Positions 1 through 11,138 of a DNA stretch of 64,000 nt are shown here, one piece after another. The DNA is from a virus: IMG/VR virus record IMGVR_UViG_3300032092_000004, positions 32,001 through 96,000 of that record. One strand, 5' to 3'. The position numbers and the translations under genes are program-made. The notes below the pieces were generated by a model. The model was not told where the DNA came from, made no database searches, and was given only the letters and a program-made list of their open reading frames with translations. Numbering within the stretch: the first letter of the stretch is position 1; every line of letters begins with the position of its first letter.

Positions 1-1296
1 AAAGTAAAAGCCCAAGACATTTGGAGTAAAGTTGTTGAATCTCAAATTGAAACGGGTGTTCCTTACTTATGTTCTAAAGATAACGCAAATAGAAAAACTA
101 ACCACCAAAATATTGGGGTGATTAAACAATCTAACTTGTGTAACGAGATCTATCAATATACAGATGAAGAAACTACAGCAATATGTACATTATCATCTAT
201 GGTATTGAAAAACTTTATTCAAGGGGGTAAATTTGATTTTGAACTTTTATTTAATGAGGTTAGAAAGGTTGTTAGGTCACTTAATAAAGTTGTTGATATT
301 AATAACTACTCAACTGAAAAAGGTAGAAAAGGTGGTTTAGCACAAAGAGCAATTGCAATTGGAACTCAAGGTTTGGCTGACGTATTTTATCTAATGGATT
401 ATATCTTCACATCTGACGAGGCTAAAAAATTAAATAAAGATATTTTTGAAACAATCTATTATGCATCAATCTATGAAAGTAATCAGTTGTGTATAGACGG
501 TAAATACGAACCTTACTCATTCTTCAACGGCTCACCAATGTCCAAAGGAGTATTCCAATTTGATATGTGGGGATTAGACGAAACTCAACTTTCAGGAATG
601 TGGGATTGGAACAAACTTAAAAATAGTGTTTCACAATATGGTGTATGTAATTCATTATTTACAGCACAAATGCCTGTGGCATCTTCAGCTAAGATTACAG
701 GATCATATGAAATGACAGAACCAGCTCACTCGGCTATTTTTAACAGAAGAGTTGTTGGTGGGGAAATCATGATTGTTAACAAATACTTAATTAATGATTT
801 TGAAAAGATTGGAATTTGGTCTGAAGATTTGAAAAATGAAATTATTATAAATGAAGGATCAATCCAAAATATTAATTTCAATAACTATTTGGATAGTGAA
901 GATAAAAATTACAATAAGAAAGTTAAAAGAATTGAGCATTTAATTCCTAAATATAAAACTATTTGGGAGATCTCACAAAGAGAACTTATTGATATGGCGG
1001 CAGATAGAGCACCATTTATTGATCAATCACAATCAATGAATATCTATATGGCGAACCCAACTTTATCTAAAATTACATCATCACATTTCCACTCTTGGGA
1101 AAAAGGTTTAAAAACTCTTTGTTACTATGTAAGAACAAAAGCAATCTCAACAGGTGCAAAACATTTAGCGTTAGATATGTCAAAACGTGAAAAACCTAAA
1201 GTGACTCCTGAACCACCAAAAGTTGACTACTCTAACTTGAATTTACCACCAAGACCTGAGAATTCTGATTTCGAATGTTTTGGATGTTCATCCTAA
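1..1296 (+). CDS. nrdA: Ribonucleotide reductase class Ia alpha subunit (5'-truncated by window edge)
   Basis: Frame is open from base 1 (KVKAQDIW...ETGVPY...). Catalytic SNLCNEI, AQMPVASS, FIDQSQSMN, KTLCYYVRT and C-terminal CFGCSS redox pair are present. Confidence 0.97.
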   Translation, partial: KVKAQDIWSKVVESQIETGVPYLCSKDNANRKTNHQNIGVIKQSNLCNEIYQYTDEETTAICTLSSMVLKNFIQGGKFDFELLFNEVRKVVRSLNKVVDINNYSTEKGRKGGLAQRAIAIGTQGLADVFYLMDYIFTSDEAKKLNKDIFETIYYASIYESNQLCIDGKYEPYSFFNGSPMSKGVFQFDMWGLDETQLSGMWDWNKLKNSVSQYGVCNSLFTAQMPVASSAKITGSYEMTEPAHSAIFNRRVVGGEIMIVNKYLINDFEKIGIWSEDLKNEIIINEGSIQNINFNNYLDSEDKNYNKKVKRIEHLIPKYKTIWEISQRELIDMAADRAPFIDQSQSMNIYMANPTLSKITSSHFHSWEKGLKTLCYYVRTKAISTGAKHLALDMSKREKPKVTPEPPKVDYSNLNLPPRPENSDFECFGCSS

Positions 1297-1303
1297 AATT
1301 AAG

Positions 1304-1333
1304 AATCACTACTTCGGTAGTGATTTTTTTTTT
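1304..1333 (+). terminator. Intrinsic terminator after nrdA
   Basis: AATCACTAC-TTCG-GTAGTGATT followed by a T run. Confidence 0.9.
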
Positions 1334-1354
1334 ACTTAAAAATTCTATAACTTA

Positions 1355-1362
1355 TATTTATA
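1355..1362 (+). promoter_or_regulatory. Putative late promoter TATTTATA heading the baseplate operon
   Basis: The same motif precedes many structural/head-type genes (see findings). Confidence 0.65.
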
Positions 1363-1368
1363 TATGAT

Positions 1369-1827
1369 ATGGCAAATGGTATTACATACGGTATAGGGTT
1401 TCCCTTCGTTGATTCGTTTACAGGTAGATATTTAGATGTTACTGAAACTACTGAAGCTGAGATTAGAGGTAATCTAGTACACCTACTTTTAACAAGAAGG
1501 GGTAGTAGATATTTTTTACCTGATTTTGGGACAAGATTATATGAGTACATATTTGAACCACTTGATGGTCCTACGTTTTCAGATATTGAGGCGGAGATAA
1601 GGGACACCATTAGAACATTTATGCCAAACTTACAAGTAACAAATATTGTTGTTGAACCAGCATCTGCAGGACTTGAAGATAAAGGTTTTACTGTAAATGA
1701 ATATGGTGAACGAGAATTTAAAGTTACAAACATTGCCAATTTAGAACATACGGCAAGAATCAAAATTGACTATAAAATCACTGATTCGGCATTCGAATCA
1801 CAAGATTTTGTTATATTAAATATTTAA
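1369..1827 (+). CDS. Baseplate wedge protein, gp25/GPW-like
   Basis: LLLTRRGSRYFLPDFGTRLYEYIFEP matches the gp25 signature (LLTxxGER..PxFG..L...FEP). Confidence 0.9.
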   Translation: MANGITYGIGFPFVDSFTGRYLDVTETTEAEIRGNLVHLLLTRRGSRYFLPDFGTRLYEYIFEPLDGPTFSDIEAEIRDTIRTFMPNLQVTNIVVEPASAGLEDKGFTVNEYGEREFKVTNIANLEHTARIKIDYKITDSAFESQDFVILNI

Positions 1828-1833
1828 TGATAT

Positions 1834-3675
1834 ATGGCTGAAAAAAAGATATCCTATACGGTCCGAGATTTTCAAGGAGTAAGATCTGAGTTAATAAATT
1901 TCACAAGAACTTACTATCCTGATTTAGTTCAGAACTTTAACGATGCTGGTATTTTTTCAGTTATGTTAGATCTTAACGCTGCGGTAACTGATAACTTAAA
2001 TTATCAAATTGACAGAAGTATCCAAGAAACTGTATTACAATTTGCTCAGCAAAAAAACTCAGTTTATAACATTGCAAGAACATACGGTCTTAAAGTACCA
2101 GGTCAAAGACCATCAGTTGCTTTAGTTGATTTTTCAATAACTGTTCCTGCTTTTGGGGATAGAGAAGATATAAGATATTGTGGTATCTTAAGAAGAGGAT
2201 CTTTGGTTAATGGTGCAGGACAACCTTTTGAAACTGTTTATGACATTGATTTTGCATCACCAATTAACGCTGAAGGATCACCAAACAGATTAAAAATACC
2301 AAACTTTGATTCAAGTGGTAAGTTAATAAATTATACTATTGTTAAAAGGGAAGTTGTCGTAAACGGTGTTACAAAAGTGTTTAAAAGAACAATTACAGCT
2401 AATGATGTAAAACCATATTTAGAATTATTCCTTCCTGAAAAAAATATATTAGGAATAACTAGCGTTTTATTAAAACCTGGAACACAATACTCTACAGTCC
2501 CAAACCCACAAGATTTTTTAAGTTTAGGGCCTGAAAGATGGTATGAAGTTGATGCGTTAGTTCAGGATAGAATTTTTGTTGAAGACCCAACTAAAGTTTC
2601 AGATCAACCTGGGATTAAAGTTGGAAGATACATCACAACATCAAATAAATTTATTTCTGAATACACACCACAAGGTTTTTGTAAAATGACTTTTGGTGGT
2701 GGTAACATTTCAGCCGAAGAACAATTAAGAGAATTTGCTCGTGACGGGAAAGGATTTGATTTAAGTAGATATACTAACAATTATGCGATGGGTGCGGCAT
2801 TAACACCAAACACAACTTTATTCGTTCAATATAGAATAGGTGGTGGTTTGGCTAGTAATGTTGGTCTTAATACGATCAATCAAATTGGTACAGTTTCATT
2901 CGCAGTTAATGGACCTTCTGATTCTGTTAATAGAAGTGTTATTAATAGTCTTCAGTGTAATAACGTAACTGCGGCAATTGGTGGGGCTAATTTACCAACA
3001 ACGGAAGACGTTAGAAACATGGTTTCATTTAACTTTGCCGCTCAGAACAGAGCCGTAACAGTTAATGACTACAATTCATTAATAAGAACAATGCCATCTC
3101 AATACGGAGCACCTGCAAAAGTTGCGATTACTGAAGAAAATAATAAAATTAGAATTAAAATGTTGTCATACGATACAAATGGTAGTTTATCTAATGTTGT
3201 ATCGAATACTTTAAAACAAAACATTGCAAATTATTTATCTAACTTTAGAATGATAAATGATTATATTTCTGTTGAAGCGGCAGAAACTATCGATTTATCG
3301 GTTACCGTTGATGTGGTATTAGATAATAGTCAAAATCAAGGTGCAATCATTTCAAAAACAATCGAAATCATTAGTAATTTCTTCAATCCATTGGTTATAC
3401 AGTTAGGTCAAAACGTAAATATATCAGAACTTAGAAGATTAATACAAGCTGAAAATGGGATAGTTAGTATCTCTAATGTTTCTTTCTTCAACCAAGTGGG
3501 AGGTCAATATTCTTCGGCACAAACTTCTATGCCTTATTCAGATCCTGTAACAAGACAAATACAACCTACGGCAGATACTCTTTTCGCAACTCCAACACAA
3601 ATCTATCAAATTAGATTCCCAAGCAAAGACATTAATGTGAGAGTATTGAACTTGAAATCCGTTAATTTCTCATAG
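1834..3675 (+). CDS. Baseplate wedge protein, T4 gp6/Baseplate J-like
   Basis: N-terminal RDFQGVRSEL, IARTYG, YRIGGG..NVG and AQNRAVTVNDY motifs; follows gp25. Confidence 0.88.
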   Translation: MAEKKISYTVRDFQGVRSELINFTRTYYPDLVQNFNDAGIFSVMLDLNAAVTDNLNYQIDRSIQETVLQFAQQKNSVYNIARTYGLKVPGQRPSVALVDFSITVPAFGDREDIRYCGILRRGSLVNGAGQPFETVYDIDFASPINAEGSPNRLKIPNFDSSGKLINYTIVKREVVVNGVTKVFKRTITANDVKPYLELFLPEKNILGITSVLLKPGTQYSTVPNPQDFLSLGPERWYEVDALVQDRIFVEDPTKVSDQPGIKVGRYITTSNKFISEYTPQGFCKMTFGGGNISAEEQLREFARDGKGFDLSRYTNNYAMGAALTPNTTLFVQYRIGGGLASNVGLNTINQIGTVSFAVNGPSDSVNRSVINSLQCNNVTAAIGGANLPTTEDVRNMVSFNFAAQNRAVTVNDYNSLIRTMPSQYGAPAKVAITEENNKIRIKMLSYDTNGSLSNVVSNTLKQNIANYLSNFRMINDYISVEAAETIDLSVTVDVVLDNSQNQGAIISKTIEIISNFFNPLVIQLGQNVNISELRRLIQAENGIVSISNVSFFNQVGGQYSSAQTSMPYSDPVTRQIQPTADTLFATPTQIYQIRFPSKDINVRVLNLKSVNFS

Positions 3676-3753
3676 GGATTTATTTTTTTTCAAAAGGGAC
3701 TATTTTTCTATGAAAATAGGAAATAAACTATTTATGAAAAAACGATTTTTTTA

Positions 3754-6700
3754 ATGCCAAAATCATACAGAATAAGAACCGAAGTTGGTGTTGACAAGTA
3801 CATCAATGTAAATTTAGAACAAGATTGGGAGTCTTTAGAAGTACTCTCACTGAAAATACTTGCGAATGATGTTTATACAAGAATGTGTGCCGATTACGGA
3901 GTTGTGGTTGGTAGAGTTTTTGTTAATAATGGTTTTGGTTTACCAAATGCTAGGGTTTCTGTTTTTATTCCTCTTGATGACGCAGATGAATTAAACCCTG
4001 TAATATCAGAATTATATCCATATAAAACAATTACCGATACTAACGAAGATGGTTATAGATATAATTTACTTCCTAAGTTACCATCATATAGAGGACATCA
4101 ATCTACAGGATCATTTCCAAATGTATCAGATGTTTTGATGGACGATTCATACATTGAAGTGTATGATAAGTATTATAGATTCACCGTTAAAACTAACGAG
4201 AGTGGTGACTTTATGATTTTTGGTGTTCCTGTTGGAAACCAAACTATTGTTATGGATGTTGACCTTTCAGATATCGGATGTTTTTCATTATCACCACAAG
4301 ATTTAATACAACAAGGTTTGGCGACTGAATCTCAAGTTAATGGGTCGACATTTAAATCCTCAACAAATTTAAGAGAACTCCCACAAATTAAAAATTTAGT
4401 TTTTGACGTTGATGTATCTCCTTTTTGGGGTGATCCTGATTTATGTCAAGTTGCAATAACAAGAGTTGATTTTGATTTAACAAAGTTAGCGAATATTAAT
4501 ATACAACCGACCTCAATTTTTATGGGGTCAATTATATCTACAACTGATGATGATGCTTTAAAAGTAAGTTGTAAACCAAAAAATAATACAGGAAATCTTT
4601 GTGAAATAGTTGCAGGACCTGGTGAAATTTTGTCTATTAGACACACAATTAATTCTGATGATCAAGGATTACCAATTCTTGAACAATATCAAATAGAAGA
4701 AGAAGGAAAAGTAATTGACCAAGATGGTACATATCTATTGAACGTACCTATGAATTTGGATTATGTTTTTACAAATGAATTTGGTCAACAGGTGTTATCT
4801 GATGATCCATCAAAAGGTATCCCAACAAAAGGTAGATATAGATTTAAATTTAAATGGCAAAACGAACAAGGACTACAAGGTAGTTTCCAAAGAGCGAACT
4901 TCTTAGTTCCAAACGTTAGAGAATATGGATGGTCAAGTTATTTGACAGATCCATTAACAACTTCTTCACCCTCAACGTACACTTATAATTTAGGTGTTGG
5001 TGTTGTAACAGGATCTACACTTGTTTTTGCAACAGCACAAGGTTTGGCAGAACCAACAACCACAAATGTTCAGTCTTATATAATTTATTTAAATGGACAA
5101 CCATATACGGGAACTTTAAATGCGATTGAGATAACGCCAGGAACATCAATACAAATTATTGCAAATCCAGTTGACCCATCTCAACCACAGGTAATAACAT
5201 TTAAACAATACCCACAGGCGTTATTTGATCTTTATAGATCATACGCATTTAGTACTGATTGGGATGACTATGTGAACAAACAAGATGCTATTGATTGTGA
5301 GGATACTTTCTACGAATTCCAATATAATAAAGTCTATACAACGGCAATGTTCTTGGATAGATATAAAAATGGAATTGGAAGGGCAAAACACTTAGGTATA
5401 AAGGAAATTGATAATAGAACTTGTAAGTCAACCGTTAACACTTTTCCCGTTAATGATATTATAAAAAACTTTGACCCAATCTTTTTTGTATTCAATGTAC
5501 TTGTTAATATCTTAACATTCCCAATTTTGGTATTGTTGTTTGTTGCCCATTTAATTGCGTTATTATGGCCTGTCTTAAAATACTTGTTATTATTCTTGGG
5601 ACCATATATTGTGTATCAGGGTGTTTCTGCGGGGATAGATTTAGTTTATTATATTACCAGTCTTGGTGATTTTGCACCATTAGGAGGACCTGTAATCTCA
5701 ATTGGTACTATTTTACAAATTATCGCTCAAGGACTAAAAGTTATAGTCCAAGTTGCTGCTGGTTTGGCATTTACATATTTTTATACAAAATTTTTAATTG
5801 AAAATACTCAAAATGGTAGAATAGACAATTTCCCAAGAATTGGTTTACCTATGATCGCATATCCTGATTGTACAAGTTGTGATTGTGATTGTGGGACCGC
5901 AAGTATAGATGATGATTTTGATGCAAATACTTTAGCTCAAGAACAACAAACCATACAAAATGGTCTACAGGATCCTGATAGTGGTTTAGGTTATGATGTT
6001 ACATTGGCACAACCAAACAGTATAATTGCGCCCGTTAATTCTGCAGGGTCTTACGATATTAATCATCCTAATTTTGAAAACGATGCAAATGGGGATGACC
6101 CATTTCAATGTGGAAATACAGGAGGATATAAAACTTTTCAGTCATTATTAGGGCAAAACGATATTGATACTGCAGTTGCGGTAAAGGCATCGATAGACTT
6201 TAAAAGAATAATTTCAGGTTATGATGTAATATCATCAACAGACCCAAATAAGTTATACAATAATGAATTGTATTTATTACATGCCCCTCAACCATTTTTA
6301 TGGTCTGCTAACAAACAAGGTCTAGGTGTTGCAGATGAAAGATACTTTGCTTACCCAACAACAACTACATTCCCACAACAATTAAATCAATTTAATACTA
6401 GAGATAAATATTTTTCGGGTGTAAATCAAATTAAAACCACTGTTAACCCAACTTCAGGATCAACACCATTTTTTGATCAAGTTGTTGTTGTTTTAATGAA
6501 CTCAGGTACTGCGGCTTCTATTACACCTGGAGGACTTTGTTCATTCCAAGACCCGAACTATATGGATTCAGGTTCTCAGTTTAGAATGAGAAACCTTACG
6601 GGGGCAACTCTTAATCAATTTAGTAATAATGCAATTACAGGTTTAACAACTACAGGTGTTACAACATACACTGTTAACTATGCTAACCCAACCAATCCAA

Positions 6701-9345
6701 ACGGAACATCAAACTCTTCATCTATAATTTTTATTAATCAACCACAAGTTAGTCAAGTTACAGGAAGTGTAACACAAGAACAAAGTTATTTACAATATCC
6801 AACAGACGTAGAATATTACCAATTATTAACAGGACTAACTGTAAATGATTTTATAAACACTTCTTTGGGTACATCAGGTTATTACAAAAGTGCTTATTTA
6901 GAACATAACATACAGTTTAATTATCCAATATGTAATGGAAATAATGTTCCTGCTTGTCCATCATTTAGTGCATATACAATTTCAGATGTGATTTACACCA
7001 TGCCAAATTGGCAGAATTATGAGATTTGTATTTTTGTTAGAGGTGTCGATCCTCATACATCACAACAAACAATATCATATGATGTTTCTAAAATTTTTGG
7101 ACATACATCTTTCAACGGAAGTGTTGTGATTAGCGGGAATTATTATTTGAATGTACCAATACAAAGTTCCACTGTACCTCAAAAACCTCAAACACACAAT
7201 ACGACAAATAACAATAATGTTAAATTGTATTTCCCATCTTATAATTTTACAATTACTCCACCAAGTGTTAACCCAAACAATTATAGTGGTTTTACCTCAA
7301 ATTTACCTTATTTTTATTTAAGTACTGATGACTCACCATCATATACATCAGCACCAGGTTGGTTAAACGTATCGACGCAAACTCAAGGCTCTCCTTTTGT
7401 TTATGTAGATGCAAGTTCACAATACACTTTACCAAGAAACCAAGTAAACCCAACAACATATGTTGGGGGTGGTGCGTTTTTAGGATGGATCGGCAACAAT
7501 TCTTTTTCATCAAACATGTTGACTGATACTGCAATATCAGATGATAATCAAAAGAAACAATATTATAATACTAATGCAGGATATTTCCAACAACAATCTT
7601 CATGTGGAGGAAATGGTAATGTAAGTTCTTTATATTCTCCGGCATACTATAATCAATCTTATTCACCTATAAATTTTGTCAATTCACTTCTTATTGTTAT
7701 GAGAAGTGATAGATTACCGACATCTACCTTTGTTGAAAATGGTGGTAACGCAGCAACTGGATTTGCTTTACATCAAAATAATAATTTTACGGTTTATACT
7801 GTTAATGGTCAGTTAGAACCACCATCAATAACTGCAGGTGCTGACCTACCATCAGGTGATAGTTTTGATGAAGGAGGTCCTACATCTGGGTTGACATCAA
7901 CTTTAACATGTGAGGGGATGGTTCCTTTAGAGTGTTATAGTGGTTCGGGAAATAATGTTGGTGTTATACCTGATAATCAATGTTCCATACCTACTAATAG
8001 AATGATTAACGGATGTTACTGTCTTCTTAATAAGAAATATGTTAAAGAATATGGTTCAGATGTTAGATTATTTTTAGAATGGAAAGTTAGATTTACTATG
8101 AACTTCGCGGCTTGTAGGGGGGTGTTTGCTCAAGTGTTCCAAAACAATTGGGTTAACGGAGTTCTGTACATGTTCAATTTCAATAAGAGATTAACTTTTG
8201 GTGTTAATCCATTAATACCAAATTATGATTATTGTACTGATGTTATTGTATTTGATGATATAAACAATAGTTTCTATTATAGATCATCACCTTGGAATAA
8301 GAACATTCAACAGTTTATTGGAAAAAATAAACCACAGGTAAATCCATTGATTCCACAAAGATTTGCCACATTCCCTGGTTTTGGATACAATGACAGACAA
8401 ATCCAATTCCCAACTACACTTGTTGACTTAGGTCCGAGAGATTCTTTCATTAATGAAGTTTGTTGTGGAGCAGGAGAAAATGGATTTGGATCCTACTATG
8501 CCGACCAACAAAAATCAACCTCTTATCAAGATAATTCCGATATCATCCAACTTGGATTCTTATCGAGAATATTGAACGAAGGTGTAAGACAAAGAATACT
8601 CCCAATTGGACAAGGTCAAAATAATACTGAGGGTAAAGGTATTGAACAGTTCTTTAATAGTACAAGAGGTGGTTATAGAATTGATGGTGATTGGGCACAA
8701 ATGTTGTCAATAAATTCAGAATGGAAGGTTTTACCGTTCATAAGTGAAAACCTTTTAGGTCCAAACGCAAATGATTTTATTTTCTTTGGTGATAATTATT
8801 ATCCATCAACTCCTCCATCAGGCGCAAACGACGTAAAACCTGTTATGGGATTATTTTTCCAAACTCCACAAGAAAATTTGAGATATAGAAAAATTGAATC
8901 ACCGGGAATTGAAACTTATAACTTTAATCCACTAATCCAAAACTACTTTGCATACGGTAAATCACAAGAAGTACCACATTACAAGTGGAGTTTGAAACAA
9001 AGTAACCCAAGTCAAAATATATTTGGTACTGAAGATAATAACTGGTATACAAACGTGGTAGGACAAGGGTTCTTCAAGAAAAAGTATCAAGATTTAAATT
9101 TTACAACTTTAGGTGAAAAATACGTTACAAGTACAACTAATTTAGGTTACATTGCAAACTATACGTTAGCTGGTGTACCTGAACCACTTATACCACCTTC
9201 AGTTGTGAATCAGGGACAACCTACAGGTAGTGCTAATCAGGCGGTCGTTGTTGGGGCTCCGTATCATTTTTATTTTGGTTTGAACAACGGTAAAACAGCT
9301 TTGAATAGATTCTATAAACTTTATGTAGCAACAACAGAAGAATGA
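3754..9345 (+). CDS. Very large virion/baseplate-associated protein with internal hydrophobic segment
   Basis: 1863 aa; N-terminal GVVVGRV..NGFGLPNARVSVF beta-sandwich; lies in the baseplate operon; preceded by TATTTAT. Confidence 0.6.
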   Translation: MPKSYRIRTEVGVDKYINVNLEQDWESLEVLSLKILANDVYTRMCADYGVVVGRVFVNNGFGLPNARVSVFIPLDDADELNPVISELYPYKTITDTNEDGYRYNLLPKLPSYRGHQSTGSFPNVSDVLMDDSYIEVYDKYYRFTVKTNESGDFMIFGVPVGNQTIVMDVDLSDIGCFSLSPQDLIQQGLATESQVNGSTFKSSTNLRELPQIKNLVFDVDVSPFWGDPDLCQVAITRVDFDLTKLANINIQPTSIFMGSIISTTDDDALKVSCKPKNNTGNLCEIVAGPGEILSIRHTINSDDQGLPILEQYQIEEEGKVIDQDGTYLLNVPMNLDYVFTNEFGQQVLSDDPSKGIPTKGRYRFKFKWQNEQGLQGSFQRANFLVPNVREYGWSSYLTDPLTTSSPSTYTYNLGVGVVTGSTLVFATAQGLAEPTTTNVQSYIIYLNGQPYTGTLNAIEITPGTSIQIIANPVDPSQPQVITFKQYPQALFDLYRSYAFSTDWDDYVNKQDAIDCEDTFYEFQYNKVYTTAMFLDRYKNGIGRAKHLGIKEIDNRTCKSTVNTFPVNDIIKNFDPIFFVFNVLVNILTFPILVLLFVAHLIALLWPVLKYLLLFLGPYIVYQGVSAGIDLVYYITSLGDFAPLGGPVISIGTILQIIAQGLKVIVQVAAGLAFTYFYTKFLIENTQNGRIDNFPRIGLPMIAYPDCTSCDCDCGTASIDDDFDANTLAQEQQTIQNGLQDPDSGLGYDVTLAQPNSIIAPVNSAGSYDINHPNFENDANGDDPFQCGNTGGYKTFQSLLGQNDIDTAVAVKASIDFKRIISGYDVISSTDPNKLYNNELYLLHAPQPFLWSANKQGLGVADERYFAYPTTTTFPQQLNQFNTRDKYFSGVNQIKTTVNPTSGSTPFFDQVVVVLMNSGTAASITPGGLCSFQDPNYMDSGSQFRMRNLTGATLNQFSNNAITGLTTTGVTTYTVNYANPTNPNGTSNSSSIIFINQPQVSQVTGSVTQEQSYLQYPTDVEYYQLLTGLTVNDFINTSLGTSGYYKSAYLEHNIQFNYPICNGNNVPACPSFSAYTISDVIYTMPNWQNYEICIFVRGVDPHTSQQTISYDVSKIFGHTSFNGSVVISGNYYLNVPIQSSTVPQKPQTHNTTNNNNVKLYFPSYNFTITPPSVNPNNYSGFTSNLPYFYLSTDDSPSYTSAPGWLNVSTQTQGSPFVYVDASSQYTLPRNQVNPTTYVGGGAFLGWIGNNSFSSNMLTDTAISDDNQKKQYYNTNAGYFQQQSSCGGNGNVSSLYSPAYYNQSYSPINFVNSLLIVMRSDRLPTSTFVENGGNAATGFALHQNNNFTVYTVNGQLEPPSITAGADLPSGDSFDEGGPTSGLTSTLTCEGMVPLECYSGSGNNVGVIPDNQCSIPTNRMINGCYCLLNKKYVKEYGSDVRLFLEWKVRFTMNFAACRGVFAQVFQNNWVNGVLYMFNFNKRLTFGVNPLIPNYDYCTDVIVFDDINNSFYYRSSPWNKNIQQFIGKNKPQVNPLIPQRFATFPGFGYNDRQIQFPTTLVDLGPRDSFINEVCCGAGENGFGSYYADQQKSTSYQDNSDIIQLGFLSRILNEGVRQRILPIGQGQNNTEGKGIEQFFNSTRGGYRIDGDWAQMLSINSEWKVLPFISENLLGPNANDFIFFGDNYYPSTPPSGANDVKPVMGLFFQTPQENLRYRKIESPGIETYNFNPLIQNYFAYGKSQEVPHYKWSLKQSNPSQNIFGTEDNNWYTNVVGQGFFKKKYQDLNFTTLGEKYVTSTTNLGYIANYTLAGVPEPLIPPSVVNQGQPTGSANQAVVVGAPYHFYFGLNNGKTALNRFYKLYVATTEE

Positions 9346-11138
9346 TGACAGTAGATCCATCAACAAGAATAATAGAATCAACGCAAAGGTATAAATCAGC
9401 ACCAAAAGTTGATCAATTTATAAACATACCATTTGCTCAAACTTCAAAAGATTTAATTGAGTATGATAGAAGTGTTGATTTGAATTTGGCAACTGTCTTT
9501 GATGAAGAAAGACAAGCATCCACAATATTCAGACCTGTTACAAAATTCACAGTTTTATTTGAAAATGCGTATACGGGATCAACAAAATATGTCCCATACA
9601 GAGATAATTTGTATTATACTAATGAATTAAATAATGCTATTCTATATTATCCAGCGGGAAATTTTGGACCAAATCCATCAACAGTTCAAACAGTTCCATG
9701 GACAGGATTTCCACAATATTCTGAATTTGATTTTATAAGAACGGATAATGATGTTATTGGTTATACTCAACCACCAAACAATCATTTAAATTTTAAAAAT
9801 GTAAGTGCAACAACTTATAATTGGAGTCATTATTTAAGTTATGCTTTTACAAATGATTATAATAAAAATTTATTTGCCGTCGAACCTAATACTTCTATTA
9901 ATTGGTCTTGGGTTGCGTCAGATGGTTTACCATATTATATAATGGTGGGTAATGATTTAAACGGTCTAAATATAAAATTTAAGTGTCCTGTAGAACACGG
10001 TTTACAAGTAGGTGAGTTTGTTTTATTATCAACTAATTACAACGGAACAGTAATGTTCCAAGTCTCAAGTTTAGGTGATCCTGGTGACGGATCCGACGCA
10101 TTCATTTTTAACATTAAAAACATTGGTTATACAGGAACTACATTTCAAACAAACTCACAAGGTACATTCAAAAGAGTCATAAATGCCGCTAATTCTGCGG
10201 ATACAATAAGTGAGTATTACGTTAGAAAACATAAGATATTAACCAATCAAGAATGTTCAGTTTTAGTAAATGCTGGATTTGAAAGAAATATTTATGGTGA
10301 CAAAAGAAAATGTGAGGCAAAAGTCCTAACACCAAATAATAAAGCGAGAGTTTCAACAAAAGAAGGAAACAGATCATACACCCTTTCGTTTAACTGTGAT
10401 ATTGATATACAACCATTGAGAGATAATCAAGGCAGACCTTTGAGTGAATTATTTTTTACATCAATTTGGAGGGGATATTTTGGGTGGACAAAAGATCTTA
10501 AACAAGGATGGTACTTCAATACATTCTTAGAAGATAAAAAACCACAATCATGGTGGGATGACAACAATATTAACTCAAACGTAATCGTTAATCAAAATAG
10601 TTATGTTTCATTGTTAGGATCGGGACCTTTTTTTTATAATGATTTTTTACAATCTGGTGATACAATAGACGGTGATTATTGTGAATGGAATAATTATGAA
10701 CAATTTGAAAGAGTTATATCTTTATATCAACATAAAATAAAATATAACCAATCATGGTTTACACTTTATAATGAATTTATACCAACAAACCAACCTGGTT
10801 ATTTTTATCAACCACACAGTGCAATACAGATTGCTGCTTTCTCCGACTATATAGAGGAAGGTAGTTCGTCAAACGTTGTTGGTATTCCTGATTACGCTTA
10901 CTACTCTACTATGGCCGCATTATTCAGATGGAGAGATAAATATCCTTATGGATTCATCGATACTGATGGTATTGGTGTTGATTATCCATTTTTAAACAAT
11001 GCTCATTACCCTTATAAAAATACAATTTTTAGAATTACTCCTGAATTATATAATATACCAAACGATTATGCAATTTCAGGTTCGGTTCCATTGAACATAA
11101 CAACAATAGCAGAACCAACGACAGATGAATGCGAATAG
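9345..11138 (+). CDS. Putative structural (baseplate/tail) protein
   Basis: ~598 aa ORF overlapping both neighbours in the structural operon; start is 9342 or 9345. Confidence 0.55.
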   Translation: MTVDPSTRIIESTQRYKSAPKVDQFINIPFAQTSKDLIEYDRSVDLNLATVFDEERQASTIFRPVTKFTVLFENAYTGSTKYVPYRDNLYYTNELNNAILYYPAGNFGPNPSTVQTVPWTGFPQYSEFDFIRTDNDVIGYTQPPNNHLNFKNVSATTYNWSHYLSYAFTNDYNKNLFAVEPNTSINWSWVASDGLPYYIMVGNDLNGLNIKFKCPVEHGLQVGEFVLLSTNYNGTVMFQVSSLGDPGDGSDAFIFNIKNIGYTGTTFQTNSQGTFKRVINAANSADTISEYYVRKHKILTNQECSVLVNAGFERNIYGDKRKCEAKVLTPNNKARVSTKEGNRSYTLSFNCDIDIQPLRDNQGRPLSELFFTSIWRGYFGWTKDLKQGWYFNTFLEDKKPQSWWDDNNINSNVIVNQNSYVSLLGSGPFFYNDFLQSGDTIDGDYCEWNNYEQFERVISLYQHKIKYNQSWFTLYNEFIPTNQPGYFYQPHSAIQIAAFSDYIEEGSSSNVVGIPDYAYYSTMAALFRWRDKYPYGFIDTDGIGVDYPFLNNAHYPYKNTIFRITPELYNIPNDYAISGSVPLNITTIAEPTTDECE

